In this document: in pieces, positions 1-15,078 of the stretch
How the letters are laid out: each line of letters begins with the position of its first letter
Position numbering within the stretch: position 1 is the first letter of the stretch
DNA from: Veleropilina oligotropha
Lineage: Eukaryota
NCBI GenBank assembly: GCA_048128005.1
Contig: JBEUKZ010000033.1
Location: forward strand, 1-43,453
Reading direction: 5' to 3'
DNA length: 43,453 nucleotides
The notes under the pieces: generated by a model
Told to the model about the DNA's origin: nothing
Seen by the model: only the letters and a program-made list of their open reading frames with translations
Databases searched by the model: none
Translations under genes and position numbers: made by a program

Positions 1-99
1 AGGAGGTATTATCTACAGCCAAATATAAAATATTTGTCTGTTAGAGCGAGAGGTTGCGATATTTGTAGTAACTCTTTACGTACAGCTAATACCGTGATA

Positions 100-1205
100 T
101 AAGAGGCGAGGGTATTGCAATCGGCTCCGTATGTATGTATGTCTGTATGTATGTATGTATGTATGTCCATTCGCATAACTCGAAAACTGTTGATCCGGTT
201 TACTTGACATTTTTACAAAAGGTAGGGTTTCTCTCTGGCTCGGTCCTTCGCGAAGATGGTCCGGATTTTGATCCGGGTTCGGATTTTATGACGCAATATC
301 CGGTTTACAGGTTTTCGTCTGTAGCGTTAAAACGCTTCATCGTACAAACTTCAAAATAGGCTCAAAATGTAGAATTTATCTAACACAAGATGGCCGCCAG
401 GGGGATTTAAAATAATTAAAATAGGGGTCAATTTCATCAAATTGAATTAAATTATGTAAATTCGTTATGCAAATCATAGTCATGATGAAATTATAATGAT
501 ATCAGCAAAAATATTTGGAAAATAATGTGAAATGTGGACTTTATAATCATTTTAGAAATCAACCAAAGCAAATTGCAAATAAATGCCGTAAATCTGTAAC
601 CACTGAAACCATACACCTCAAATTTAATCAAGTGACAGAGTGGGACATTATCTACGACTCTTATCAATATACTTTGTGTTTGAGCGAATTTGTAGTAATA
701 ATTTTTGTTACGAAGTCAAAATCGTAGAGACGTTGCGATATTTGTGACAGCTCTTTAAATACTACTAACACCGTGATATAATTTACACTATTAAGCAAGG
801 TTATCGTAATCTATCTTTCTTGAAAATTTCCGATGTATGGCTTTAGTAACTATTGAGTTATTGCGAGTTAAGTATTGTCAACTACGGAAAAATTTGCAAA
901 TACAAAAATCTAACACCAAAATAAATAGCCTAAATTAGCCGTAGTAATTAGACTCTCTGTATAGCGCAAACGGTTAAGGCGTTGGCGAGAGATTTAGATG
1001 TCAGGGGTTCGACTCCCGTTACTTCGAAAATATTTGATTGAATTTTATTTAAATTTTGTTATTCCTTATTATTTTATAATTTGTGACTACATTTTATGAT
1101 TGTAATTCATGTTTAGAAATATTGATCGTAGACATTTCTGCCTTTCACCATCGTCTTCCTTGGCCCTGTTGCGAGGGTTTGCAATCTCCTCTGATTGCTC
1201 TTGTT
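100..1205 (+). mobile_element. Non-autonomous Helentron-type element (HINE/DINE-1-like)
   Basis: 5' GGCGAGGGTATTGCAATCGG followed by (TATG)n, a core shared with copies at 2250-2696 (-) and 3571-3853 (+), and a 3' end GCGAGGGT + hairpin GCAATC-tcctct-GATTGC + TCTTGTT. This is the subTIR/microsatellite/3' hairpin layout of HINEs. Confidence 0.6.
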
Positions 1206-1239
1206 TATGTTTAAAATAGATACTAGATACTAATTATTA

Positions 1240-1514
1240 TTCATGACGTTGTCATTGCGTCAACAGCCGTTTTGAGCTTAATTTGAAGTTTGTAAGGCGA
1301 ATCATTCTGGCGCTAGAGCCGAAAAACAGAAATTGCAGCATAAATCCATATTCGTATCCGGATCACCTTCGAGAAGGAATGAGCCAATGGTGAACTCGAT
1401 CTTGTATAAAAAAAGAGTAAATACCGGCTGTTTTTTTAGATATGCTCGCGGTCAGACAACACGCGGACAAATACCTACATCACAATAGCGTCTCCCCCGG
1501 AGAAGAGGGTAATT
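1240..1514 (-). mobile_element. Diverged HINE-like fragment
   Basis: CCGGATCACCTTCGAGAAGG..GAGCC resembles the reverse complement of the HINE core; ends in GAGGGTAATT like the other HINE 5' termini. Confidence 0.35.
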
Positions 1515-2698
1515 GGAGTGGGGGTTTTATTAGCAGGGTACCTTGTTAAATTAACAGTTGCGGTTATATATAACTGGCTGGTGCGGTCCGATTTCCCCCG
1601 GCGATCGCGCGTTCTTCCCTCGAACATATCGACATGCCATGATATGAACATGAAGGGCGTTAATTCAATCTCCCACAATTCGACATTTTTTATACCCATA
1701 CTCCGGTTTCTCATGATCATATTCAATTTTCATCCTTTTATGATTTTAATAGCAACATGGCATTCACGACCGGGTTACAACGTGCCTTAAAATCATCTTG
1801 AAATGTCTAAGCTTGTCTCGGGAAAGCGAGTGAGAACATCGCTTTTGGGTAATCGGGCACGGCTGACCATATATTAGTGATATATACGGATGGATTTCGT
1901 CGGAAAATTACTTTTATGCATCGTTGTTAAACAAAACACTCAACTAATACCAACAAATGTTTGAAATAATGGGCACCATCTGTACATAACGCATGCTTGG
2001 TGAACATGACTGATACTAGTTTCGTATATTTGGTGTTCATGCATGAAATAATCTTGCTGTACGTGATTGATACTTGTGCATTTACATGACTGATACCAAG
2101 TCTAAATATCGAGTATTTTCTGTGCATTACGAATGATTGTTGATTGTCAAACACGTCACTGGAAGGGAGAAAAATGGGATATTAAACACCAAATAAACTC
2201 GCCCCAATTGGTCCGACAAGAGAATGTTACAGTCTAAATCTACTCCCGAATGTATAAAGTTCACATTTCACATAATTTTCCACATATTTTTGCTGATATC
2301 AATATAATTTCACCAAGACTACGGTTTTCATAACGAATTTACACAATTTTATTCGATTTGGGTAAATTTGAAATTGACTCCCTATTTATAAAATTTTAAT
2401 TCCCCTGGCGGCCATCTTGCGTGACGTAGATTCTATATAATTCATGTCGTCATTGGCCCCTGATCTAAAAACATTTTCAGCCTAATTTAATTTGACGTTT
2501 GTACGAAGCATTTTAACACTACAACCGAAAATCCATAAACCGTTTATTGCGTTATAAAATCCGGACCCATATACAATCCGGACCATCTTCGAGGAAGTCC
2601 GAGCCATTGATACAACTTATCTTGTGTACAAATTTCAAGTTAATCGGATCAATACTTTTCGAGTTATGGGTATGGACATACAAATATACATACACCTG

Positions 2699-4049
2699 TG
2701 GCCGATTGCATGACCGAGGCATAAGTCTTAGTCTGGACGTACCTACCTGTTTAGTCGGTCTTGCGTGTTTAAGCCGGTTGCACACCCCAGTCGCAGCTAC
2801 GTTCAAAATGTTAGCCCCGGTATGGGGTAGGCGTAACTTGATCGTAAGTTGTGAATACATAGATACATAGATGTATAATTTTGCGTGATTGGCATAGTCA
2901 ATACAATTTATAAGATAGGCCTAGTACTTGTTTGTAAAAATAGTTTCGGCCTCACACGCAAACTTGTCAGGCTTCAAACACATCTAGCATTCCGTAATAT
3001 TGATACGGCAATCCGATCATAATACCAGTGATATAATGATGTTATCAGTATTGTGACGATTCTGGCACGTTGGAAACCTCGAGTGACGTCGTAGTTTTTG
3101 CGGCGGATTAATCGCGAGAACGACGTGCCAGAATCCACACAATAACTGATAACATTTTTATTATATGCCACAACAAGTTTCTTATTAAATTGATTCGAAA
3201 GATTATGGTAATTTTAGTCACGAATCTGTAAGGGAGATTGAAGTGGTATAGGACTATTGGAAGTAGTTCCCACGGTTTGGCAGCCATTTTGAATATATAA
3301 TCAGGAGACGTTTTCCTGTGCATATATAAGCAGGAGACGTTTCCTGCATCGATATCAGCTGTGTCCGTGATACAGGGTCTCGGAAAACTGCGCGAGAATA
3401 GGCGTCAGAAAACGACTGGCATATAATAATATATTTTGCCTGTCATTCATTCGCATCTCCATTAATTTTGCCAAATCTGACCAAATCATATTATAGTCTC
3501 CACATATATAACATATAAATATCACGATATTTGTCATTATATATATATCTTATTTAGTGTTATTGGTGGCTGTATTAATACCCTCGCCTCCGGAGGGTAA
3601 TAATCGATTCCGTAAGTATTTATGTCTGTATGCATGTATATAATTATGTATGTCCATTCGCATAACTCGAAAACTAATGATCTGATTTCTTGAAATTTGC
3701 ACACAAGATAAGTTGTACCGATGGCTCGGTCCTCCTCGAAGATGGTCCGGATTGTCCGAATTCGGAATGTATGACACAATATCCGATTTACTGATTTAAG
3801 GCTGTAGCGTTAAAATGCTTCATCGTACAAACTTCAAATTAGGCTCAAAATGTTCACCCGCCACAAATGCATTCATAGAAACTCATTATAGCCAATCTCA
3901 TATGCAGCGCTGGTCTAATTGACGCTAATTGATCTGTACGTCTATACCAGTTACACCCGGTTGTAGGGTGTGGTTGCGAAACAAATATCTACGTCGGACT
4001 TATGGGCTTTACGCCAGTGTAAACTGCGTCCCGGTCATGCAACCGGCCA
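2699..4049. mobile_element. PIF/Harbinger-like non-autonomous TIR element
   Basis: TIRs TGGCCGATTGCATGACCG (2699) / CGGTCATGCAACCGGCCA (ends 4049), one mismatch; flanks CTG / ATG resemble a 3-bp TSD; it splits the HINE. Confidence 0.55.
3571..3853 (+). mobile_element. HINE 5' fragment
   Basis: TAATACCCTCGCC..GAGGGTAAT terminus, TATG-type microsatellite, core GTCCATTCGCATAACTCGAAAACT identical to 164-188. Confidence 0.6.
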
Positions 4050-4344
4050 ATGTATCCGATTGCAATACACTCGCCTCTCCTCCGGAGGCGAAGGTAATAA
4101 GAAATGGAGCTAATTTGAAAGGAAGAAACGGTACATGAATGCAGGTAATGCAAGATGAAATGGATTATATTTTGCGCCTCGTGATGATGATGCGATGATG
4201 ATGATGAGTTGGATTTAACGAGGTCTTCAAACATTTCCATTATTTCGACCTCTTCTCTTTATATTTGTCGTGTTTCTTTGTTTACTGGACGTCGTCTATG
4301 TCGCACACACGCTTGTTTAACGTTCACCAGCGGACCAACTTCAG

Positions 4345-4774
4345 GGGCTGTTTCACGTACATGACTTAGGCTATAGCCTAAGTCGGTTATTTTCACGAAT
4401 ACAAAATGGTGGACACCACCTGCTTCGAATATCATGTAGCCAATTAAACATATTTTAGTTCTACATTGAGGCATACCACTACTTTAAATATAAGTCATTT
4501 TCATGAAAATATATTATTATCGTAATTAGAGATAATAATTATTAGTTTAGAAAGAAAAGAAGTGCATGTCAAGCGCCGTAAATTTCGCTCCAGGGAGACA
4601 ACGCTACCATATCGCCTTATTTTGACAGCGTGCTGCATCTTGAAATATCTAGTCGACTATCAAATCCTTAGCCACCTATGTAGCTGGCTAAGGATCATAG
4701 CCATCTAAGGCGGAGTTGTCTCCCTGGAGCGAAATGTACGACGTATGACATACATTTGTACGTGAAACAGGCCC
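4345..4774. mobile_element. Harbinger-like MITE with internal inverted repeats
   Basis: TIRs GGGCTGTTTCACGTACA / TGTACGTGAAACAGGCCC, CAG on both flanks (4342-4344, 4775-4777); internal IR ATTTCGCTCCAGGGAGACAAC / GTTGTCTCCCTGGAGCGAAAT. Confidence 0.6.
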
Positions 4775-4978
4775 CAGGGCCACCAAACAAAACTGGAATT
4801 TATTAGTTACTGTAGTTAGACATGAGAATATGACAAGCTATTGAATTTATATTTATCTTTAATGATGATACTGCCGGAATTTGTAAATTATAGCGGTTAT
4901 ATTGCATTAAAAGCTAAAAAATGTATATCTATATATATATCAATATGATAAATCTACATAACAATTCAACATGTAGTT

Positions 4979-5414
4979 AGACTATTGCACGTAAATGCGC
5001 ACTTTTTTTTTTTTAAAGAAAACTAACCGCATTACACTTTTTGTTTATAACATAAAAAGTTACGAATTTTCAACACTCAACTGTCTTCTGTAATTTGCTT
5101 AAATTAATCGCTACTGAATATTTAAAAATAATTAAACGCGGTCCGCGTTTAATTACCTCGCCTCGGGCGCATTTCCAATTGACCTAGTTGGAGTACAGTT
5201 GCGTAGGTTTCTGCTCGTCAAGTGAGATAGCTTTCTACTTGACAATAATATATATTGCCCAGTTACAATAATAATTTCAATAAAAAGTCTATCATTTGAT
5301 CAAATATCGATTATATCTTAGCGAAATTTGTATCAGTCTGCGCGAACCGTGCGATATAGTGTGATCAGTCATGCTACACAGTCACGATACTAGCGCATTT
5401 ACGGGCAATAGTCT
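4979..5414. mobile_element. MITE, superfamily unassigned
   Basis: 22-bp TIRs AGACTATTGCACGTAAATGCGC / GCGCATTTACGGGCAATAGTCT, one mismatch. Confidence 0.55.
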
Positions 5415-5561
5415 CTTTAATCATTATGTTATGTAGTGAAGAAATATTTTATTGAAGAAAAAAAATTGGGATTGCCTGAACAAAATATCCGGAATATTTG
5501 AAAATAATTGGAAGATATGTTATTGATGTGTAGTGTAATGCAGTAGGTGTTTTTCATTTGC

Positions 5562-5916
5562 TTTGTTTCTGCACATTCCCTAGTTATATATGTAGTATCC
5601 CCTCACTAGCATCAGGATGATGTTGCTTAAGTAACGACTATTGCCCGGAGTCGATAGCACCGGGCCATATTCATTAATAATTATGAATGTGCTAGACCTA
5701 AAAGACAGGAAAATCAAAATGTGTTTGGATGAATCAATGCATTCTCCATCCCCCATAAGTATGCATTGATTCGTATGTTGAGATGGGTGGTGTGATTGCG
5801 TGTTGCGTTTTATGTGATTTTGTTTCTGCACATTGCCCTAGTTATGTAGTGTCACCTCTCTAACATTAGGTGATGTTGCTTAGGTAACGACTACTGCCCC
5901 GAGTCGATAGCACAGG
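5562..5916 (+). repeat. Two diverged ~100-bp direct repeats
   Basis: TTTGTTTCTGCACATT...GATGTTGCTTA.GTAACGACTA.TGCCC.GAGTCGATAGCAC at ~5562 and ~5818. Confidence 0.7.
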
Positions 5917-6165
5917 ACCTTCAATATAGATACCATGAGTGGCTAGCTTCTATAGCACCCGGCGACGTGCCATATACATCGTTGGGCACAAGATTGCTAT
6001 AATTGCGGCGAAGACGTCTTCTTCGCTGTTTGAATCGTAAATGCACCCATCTCTAACCATGAATACAGCCTGTGTTGTATGTAATCTCGTCCAATATAAT
6101 TATATACATAGCAACTTCTATGATGTTCGTACGTCCGTTCCGTCTAAACCATCCAAGGTGTTCAC

Positions 6166-6239
6166 GACTAATGTTTTGCATCAGGACTAATGTTTTGCAT
6201 CAGGACTAATGTTTTGCATCAGGACTAATGTTTTGCATC
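6166..6239 (+). repeat. 19-bp tandem repeat, about 4 copies
   Basis: Unit GACTAATGTTTTGCATCAG. Confidence 0.9.
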
Positions 6240-6303
6240 GTAGTATATAGTTCAAAATGCGTTTATTGAGTATATACAGATTACCCTTTCCGATTGCCAA
6301 TTG

Positions 6304-6464
6304 TGATGATATTATAAGTCATTTTACTTACTTTTAAGGCTTATTTTGAAACACTAAAATTCCGACGTTTCGACCATTATCGAAATGGATAATGATCGAA
6401 ACGTCGGAATTTTACTGTTTCAAAAAAGTCCTAAAAGTAAGTAAAATGACTTATAATATCATCA
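6304..6464. repeat. ~160-bp near-perfect palindrome (fold-back element)
   Basis: TGATGATATTATAAGTCATTTTACTTACTTTTA...CCGACGTTTCGA / TCGAAACGTCGG...TAAAAGTAAGTAAAATGACTTATAATATCATCA. Confidence 0.85.
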
Positions 6465-6689
6465 TTTAGGACCATGAAGAATCTATTCTACAAATTGTGA
6501 TGATGTTGAACGATTTCAATGACATAATTAGAGGCGGGATGTAAAACACTATAGGGCCCGATGTACGTAAAAACTGAATTGTTTCAAAACAGTAACAACA
6601 AGGCAATCCGAGATTGCAAACTCTCCCCACTGTGCCAAGGAAGACGATGGTGAAAGCCAAATATGTGTACGATAAATTGGTATACCGAC

Positions 6690-7152
6690 TAAAGCGAAAT
6701 CCCTATCCGGATTGTGATATTTTTTAGTATTTTACGGTTTACTGGTGTTTTAACCTTGTGTTAAAATTTGAAGGAAATCGAACTAGTAGACACCGAAAAA
6801 CAGTAACGGACAGACATGTACATACAAACCGACCCAATTGCGATCATTTGTGGTATTTCCCGGTGATAAAGAACACGATGATGATAGTTAGAAATATCTA
6901 CGATAATAGTTAACCCACTGAGCGGAAAAAGCGAAAACCGTAAATATCGTCATTAAGGTCCGGATTCCGATCCGGATTGGGAGGTTTTGTGGTATTTCCA
7001 GGTTTATTGGTGTTCTGAACCTTGTGTTTAAATTTGAAGGAAATCGGACAAGTAGATACCGAGAAACAGCCGCGAACAAACAGACAAACAGACAGATAAA
7101 CCGACCAAATTGCAACACCATCACCCACCACTGCGTGGCCGAAGGCAATTAT
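6690..7152 (-). mobile_element. Second HINE family, partially duplicated
   Basis: AATTTGAAGGAAATCG..AGTAGA.ACCGA occurs at ~6765 and ~7030 with ACAG-type microsatellites; related to 20483-21098. Confidence 0.5.
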
Positions 7153-10100
7153 TCATTGTAAGGCTTAACATACTGCTATTTGCAAAAATCGTACAGCAAA
7201 TTGAAAATACTTGGTACCTTTTTCTACGTTGTCAAAAATACACGCGTTACACACGTAGAAACATGTCCGCCCCAAAATGCCTGGTACCGATTTCTAAGGG
7301 TTTAAGTACCGTATTCTACGTAGAATTATGTCCCAAGTACATTATTTAACGGGGACCGTTTTCTCACTTACACCGACATATGGATGGAGACATATTGTTT
7401 AGGCATACAGGCGACGTCTATACATATATGTCACCCGCATTGAATCAGTTAATATAGATCATAATTTTGCGTCAACAAAAGATTAAAACAATATCGTCGC
7501 CATATCTATCTAATTCTTCCGTTGAAAGCCACGTATACCTTCATCACCCTTCTCGGCTGGCTTGATTTCCGTCCCTCATATATCAAGAGCCATTTTACGA
7601 TGCTGACTGAACGATCCTGACGTTGATTCGAGGGACCGCGTGTTTGATTATCGCTGCATATCTATCCCGAATGCCGACTCTTTACATGCGCTTGGCTATG
7701 TTCTGTATTCTGCAAGGGCAAAGACGTCCATCACGCCAATATCTTTATTAAATATGTCCGTTAGAATTCCGTCTTCGATAATCTTATCGTTGAAGAAAGC
7801 AATCCATGATTACAGCTAAAGCCTGACGAGTTTGCTGAACATTGAACATTGTCGACATCTCAGACATGTTTATTATGTTGTCACGAGTAAAAATTAATGC
7901 AAAATAAAGTAGATGTAGCAATCTTGTAGCTTTTGCTTCTTTACTATGATAAAAATTACATGAGCTCATTATGTTGGAAGTGGGGAAATAACTGCGCAGG
8001 GACGATAAATGGAAACGCGCATGCGCAAGGTATATGTTTCGGCGTATTTCTGTTCCATCATCAGGCGCTAAAGACAGAAAAGACCTACTTAATTTGGCAA
8101 ATTTGTAGACAGACCACGGCACGTGTTAATAATGTATGCGACTGAAAGTAATCAACTAAAAATTACTAAATGTATTTTATAATTTATGACACTTCGCGAA
8201 TATGATTACACAAATACAGCTGACTAAATAGACTGTCCATGTGCGTATTTTTTGCCATTTGGCCCGAGGCCCGCAAGTAGCTAAATTTAAAATTGAAAAA
8301 ATTCGAAATAAATGTAAATAATGTCGCAGATGAAGATGTATTGTTCGATAACTGATTATTGTTACAGTCAAATCCTGACTAACAGTTTACGAAAGAAATT
8401 GGAGGCCATCCCAACATTTTGAGGCAGAAGTAATTATACATATTATTATAGTTTCATCCTCATCTCCATCTTCATTATGCATAAGGTAACTTGATTTACT
8501 TACAAAATATGGATTTGTATTTCTATACCTAAACTGTTAAAATATAAACGTAATTATCCGTACGATACAGAATTTAGCGACATTGTAGGATCACGACGAT
8601 TGTGGTGTCAGTTTAAACAAGACTCCCAATGAATTCTATGAGACTGACAAGACATGGAAGGAATGATAAATCTGAGCCCGAATGAAAGGGGGAAAAGGCA
8701 GGTCTCATTAGCCGGCTGACATCAAGATGCTGGTAATTAGGGGAGGTAACTAGAGATATTGTTAGTGACTGCAAACCAAAACAAATAAAGTCAGACGTTC
8801 TGGCGTGTAGAAGCCAACCGTCGGTATGTTCAAATTTCAACTCAGCCCTTTAAGCAAAGATTTTAATATGTATTAAATAGTATTGCGAAATATGCTGTGG
8901 TGAATTTAGGTGGTGGTTGGTCAGGACAACTCTCACCCCATGTGATAAAAGCGAAAAAAATTAAGACAAATTTAATAGCACGTCAATTTGCAACCTCTTA
9001 CTCAAATATACGTAGTGGTGAAAATGGTCATAATGTTGGTAAAAACATCGTATTTAAGACGAATACTATATCATTTAAAGGAATCAGTGCGTGGATTTTA
9101 CAAACGTTGTGTAACAAATAGCTTTAAAATGCCACAAGGGGCTATTTCTTTCTGTCACCCGAGACCGAATGCATGCTTAAATCCAGCTCATTTTGATATA
9201 CAACACTGTGGTCGTTTTTGTGGAATGTCGGCAAATAGAGAGGCGCACAGCTCGTTGGCGGGCCGTTGATTTCAATTCACATCTTTACCTCCTGAAAGGT
9301 GGGCTGAAGCTCCGTTGTGAATATAGAAAAGACAAGTGTTTGCTTTGTGTCAAAAGTCAACAATTTAAACGTCTAATTACACTCTCTATAACACAAATAG
9401 CCCTGCTGACCTGCCCAAAACCTTGTCAATATTTGGTAAAGTCTGCACTTGATATAAACACCAGCAGACACGAAATTGTTGCATTGAGAGAAGCGACTTA
9501 AATATTAGACTGTAGAGAAAATGCGAGCTATGCCCGCCGTTCTGTTCGTGTGGCTTTTAATGGCCCTCCCCAGACAGACTAAACACTGCTAAGAATTCGT
9601 CAGCACTCATCTACGATTGGACGCTGAAACTTAACGAAGTTGGGCGAACGTGAGTGACATCGAGAAAGTTGTAAACTCCGCATCGCTACTGAACGCGAGT
9701 AGAGAATATTTCAACAAGTTCTCTCTGCGGTAATGGTAGTCTCTTAGTGGTTCCGCTAATAAGAATTGAAAGAAAAGGTCAATCTCCGCCCTCTCGGCAG
9801 TAAGCGTAGACCAACATTAGTACATCAAGGAACAATTCGCCACAGGCATTGAAATGTACGGCCTGGCGTGATGGAACTCCCTCTAAAAGGTACATGTTGC
9901 AGAATGGAAACTATTTGTTCATACACAGGTGACACTTGATGAAACACTGGATTTAGAAGATGTAACTTCATCGGCGAACATGATTTGTGTTGCACAAAAT
10001 AACGTGATGCGCAACGCGTATAAAACATGATATCAACGAAGTGGATATATTATTTTAATCACTGTTTTTTATGTTAATATTCATTTCTGGATATTACGTG

Positions 10101-10409
10101 ATTTCGGTGTTATATAGTACGTGTTGTTGCCTTTAACATTACTGCAAAGAGAACGACATCGAAGTTCTGGTACATATTTTCAACTTTTCGCATCATTACA
10201 TGTATTACCATTTGAACGATCAAATAATTGTCACTGGAGGAAAGAAATGACAATGGAACTATTGGGTTCCAGAAGATATTTGAATTATATTACACGAATA
10301 AGACTCGGTATCTGCCGATTGACGATCAGGTGTATCACGGTGATGCCGTTCCAGAGTGTTTCGTCGCTTTCTGGATCTTTTGTAGCAGTAAACATTTAAA
10401 ATATTAGCC

Positions 10410-10524
10410 ATGATTTGGATTGCGTGGATAGCTGTTGTGATGGCGCTCATTGGAGAAATTAATTGTCGATCAACAAGTCGATTGGCTCTCTGGATCGACG
10501 AGGAACAAGTTAGCAAATATTTCG
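10410..10524 (+). CDS. WIF1: WIF-domain protein (WIF1/Shifted-like), first coding exon
   Basis: gccATG with an upstream in-frame stop, hydrophobic signal peptide [19 protein letters not shown], then [15 protein letters not shown] matching the WIF1 N-terminal LxLWIDxxQ motif; donor G|GTAAGC, phase 1. Confidence 0.8.
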
Positions 10525-10558
10525 GTAAGCAAGAGACTATGCCGACACGCTACCCCAT

Positions 10559-12941
<2,383 letters not shown>

Positions 12942-13570
12942 TGGATGCAAGCATGTATGTATGTATGTATGTATGTATGTATGTATGTGTGTATGTATGT
13001 TTGTATGTATGTCCCAGTATTTCTTATTGGGCTACCTTTGCATTTGGTTTATAACATATCATCGTAGTTGCACACGGGCAATCTTGAACCACTCCACCCC
13101 CTCATATACACATCACTTCATTTCTCCATTGAAATGACGGGTTTACTGCCTGTATTAGATAAAGCAGGATATACGACCCGACATTGATGACGGGATATAT
13201 GAATCTTCAACGTGAACCTTGATACAATGCCATGGAATATTTACGTTCACCTAGCTCAAAAGTCCGTATCGCAGTCGTATAAGCTACGGTATATGACTAT
13301 CATATATTCATATCTTTGTCATAAGAAAGTGATAGTTAATCAAATGCACTCTTTATTTATTTATTTCACCATATTTATACAGGGTGGCCTGTTCAGTGCG
13401 AAGCACACTGATCTCCCAAAGGGCCCTGTTATATGTCCGCTCTTCTTTTCCATATAACGTTCACTGATTTGTTTTTTATTTCATCGATAATTTTACTTTA
13501 TATGTTATTCTTCTGTATTTCGTTCAACGCTACTTTACAAAAGTGTCGGCTTGTATTTGAAATACATGTA

Positions 13571-15078
13571 TGCTTCGCCAAAATGAAAACTTGACACATT
13601 TTTTTTTTTTATTAAAATCGGAAAAATTTAAAATATGTGAAAATCAATAACATAACATTGCTGACCATGACACAACCGTTTGAAAATCGTGAATGTTGAT
13701 CAGATTGTTCCTGAAATGCACGTGCAGGACGAAATTTTCAAGAAATGTCAATTTCCGCTCTGAAATTGCTACTGTACATCATTTCTTCTGAAAGAGAGAG
13801 TCATTTTGTCGTTTCGATAGTGTTTCTTCCGAAAATAAAGTTTTTTGAACTGAGAAATTAATCAATGCCGCGTCTTTCATGTCAGGACAGGGAGCGCGCC
13901 ATCGGCAGGTTAGGGGTTGGACAGTCTGTGACGGAAGTTGCGCGAATATTTGGATGCAGTCGACAAAAGATCCACAATCTGAGAACACGTCTCCAACGAA
14001 CTGGAACCACAGCAGACCGCCCACGTCCAGGTGCCCGACGTGTTACGACTCCAAATGAAACGAACAAATCAGGTTACGTCATCTTCGGAATCGTTTCGTG
14101 ACGGCAGCTTCAACCAGTAATGAACTCTTTCAACGTCGTGTAACACCCCAGACTATCAGAAACCGTCTTAGAGCTGCTGGCCTTCGAGCGCGAAGACCGT
14201 ATACAGGATCGATATTGACTCCACTCCTTCGACGTCAGCGGGTTGCATGGGCTCGAGAACACCTCAGATTCACACAGAGACAGTGGAACAGAGTCATCTT
14301 TAGTGGCGAGTCTCGTTTCACACTCAGATTTGCTGATGGACGTGTTAGGGTGTGGCGTAGGAGAAGGTAGCGGTATGCCTCAGCTTGTGTCAGGGAGATT
14401 GACAGGTTTGCAGGTGGCAGCGTCATGGTTTGGGGAGCATTCACAGCTAATGCCAGAATACCCTTGATTGTCATCCAAGGACATGTGACGGCAGCACAGT
14501 ACAGGGATCAGGTCCTCAATCCAGTTTTGTTGCCCTTCTACAGACAACATGGTCCTGGCCTCACATTTCAACATGACAATGCTACGCCGCAAACTGAAAG
14601 ACTGACACGTAACCTGCTTCAAGCTGCAAATGTCGACGTCATGGAATGGCCATCACTTTCTCCAGATCTCAACCCCATTGAAACCATTTGGGATGAGCTT
14701 GGCAGAAGGTTGAGAAGGCAGCGGTTACAGCCACAGAGACTTCCGGAACTTGGCAGGGATCTGATCCACCAATGTCGCCGACTTCCGGTTAGAGTGTTCA
14801 GACGTGTTCTGCAGTCCACGAGGAGACGATGTGTAGCAGTAATGGACGCTCGTGGTGGTCATAATAGCTATTGACGTTCTTCAAATCTTTAATTCATGTT
14901 TGTGTTAACTTCAATTTTGACGGTGTGTCAATTCAAACAACTGTCTGAAAAATCACTCATTAAAAAACACTTCGTCAATGTGTTAGATGGCTTATTTTCT
15001 TAGAATAATTTACAAGCAGATTTAGAACAAAAAATACATAAAATTTAAGAAGTGTCAACTTTTCAATTTTGCTGAGTG
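13571..15078 (+). mobile_element. Tc1-family DNA transposon, decayed
   Basis: Degenerate TIRs ..CAAAATGAAAACTTGACAC / GTGTCAACTTTTCAATTTTGCTGAGTG flanked by TA, enclosing a transposase. Confidence 0.8.
13865..14874 (+). pseudogene. Tc1-like DD34E transposase pseudogene
   Basis: HTH region, RPRPG-RRVTT linker, W-RVIFS(G)ESRF, VMVWG, FQHDNA, SPDLNPIE with 34 residues between D and E; frameshift near 14060, TAG at 14368-14370, first catalytic D replaced by G. Confidence 0.92.

Larger units (their letters stand above)
2250..4100 (-). mobile_element. HINE copy, interrupted at 2699-4049
   Basis: 2250-2696 is the reverse complement of the 140-545 core; its missing 5' terminus (TTATTACCTTCGCCTCC...GGCGAGTGTATTGCAATCGG on -) is at 4050-4100. 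Confidence 0.6.

Noticed and set aside
955..1022. Possible tRNA gene (A-box-like start and GGTTCGACTCCC)
   Set aside because: No convincing acceptor or anticodon stems; it lies inside a repeat and is more likely a SINE head remnant.
10247..10399. 50-codon upstream ORF before the WIF1 start
   Set aside because: Transcript structure unknown; a possible acceptor (TTTTGTAGCAG, 10388) could place it in an intron.
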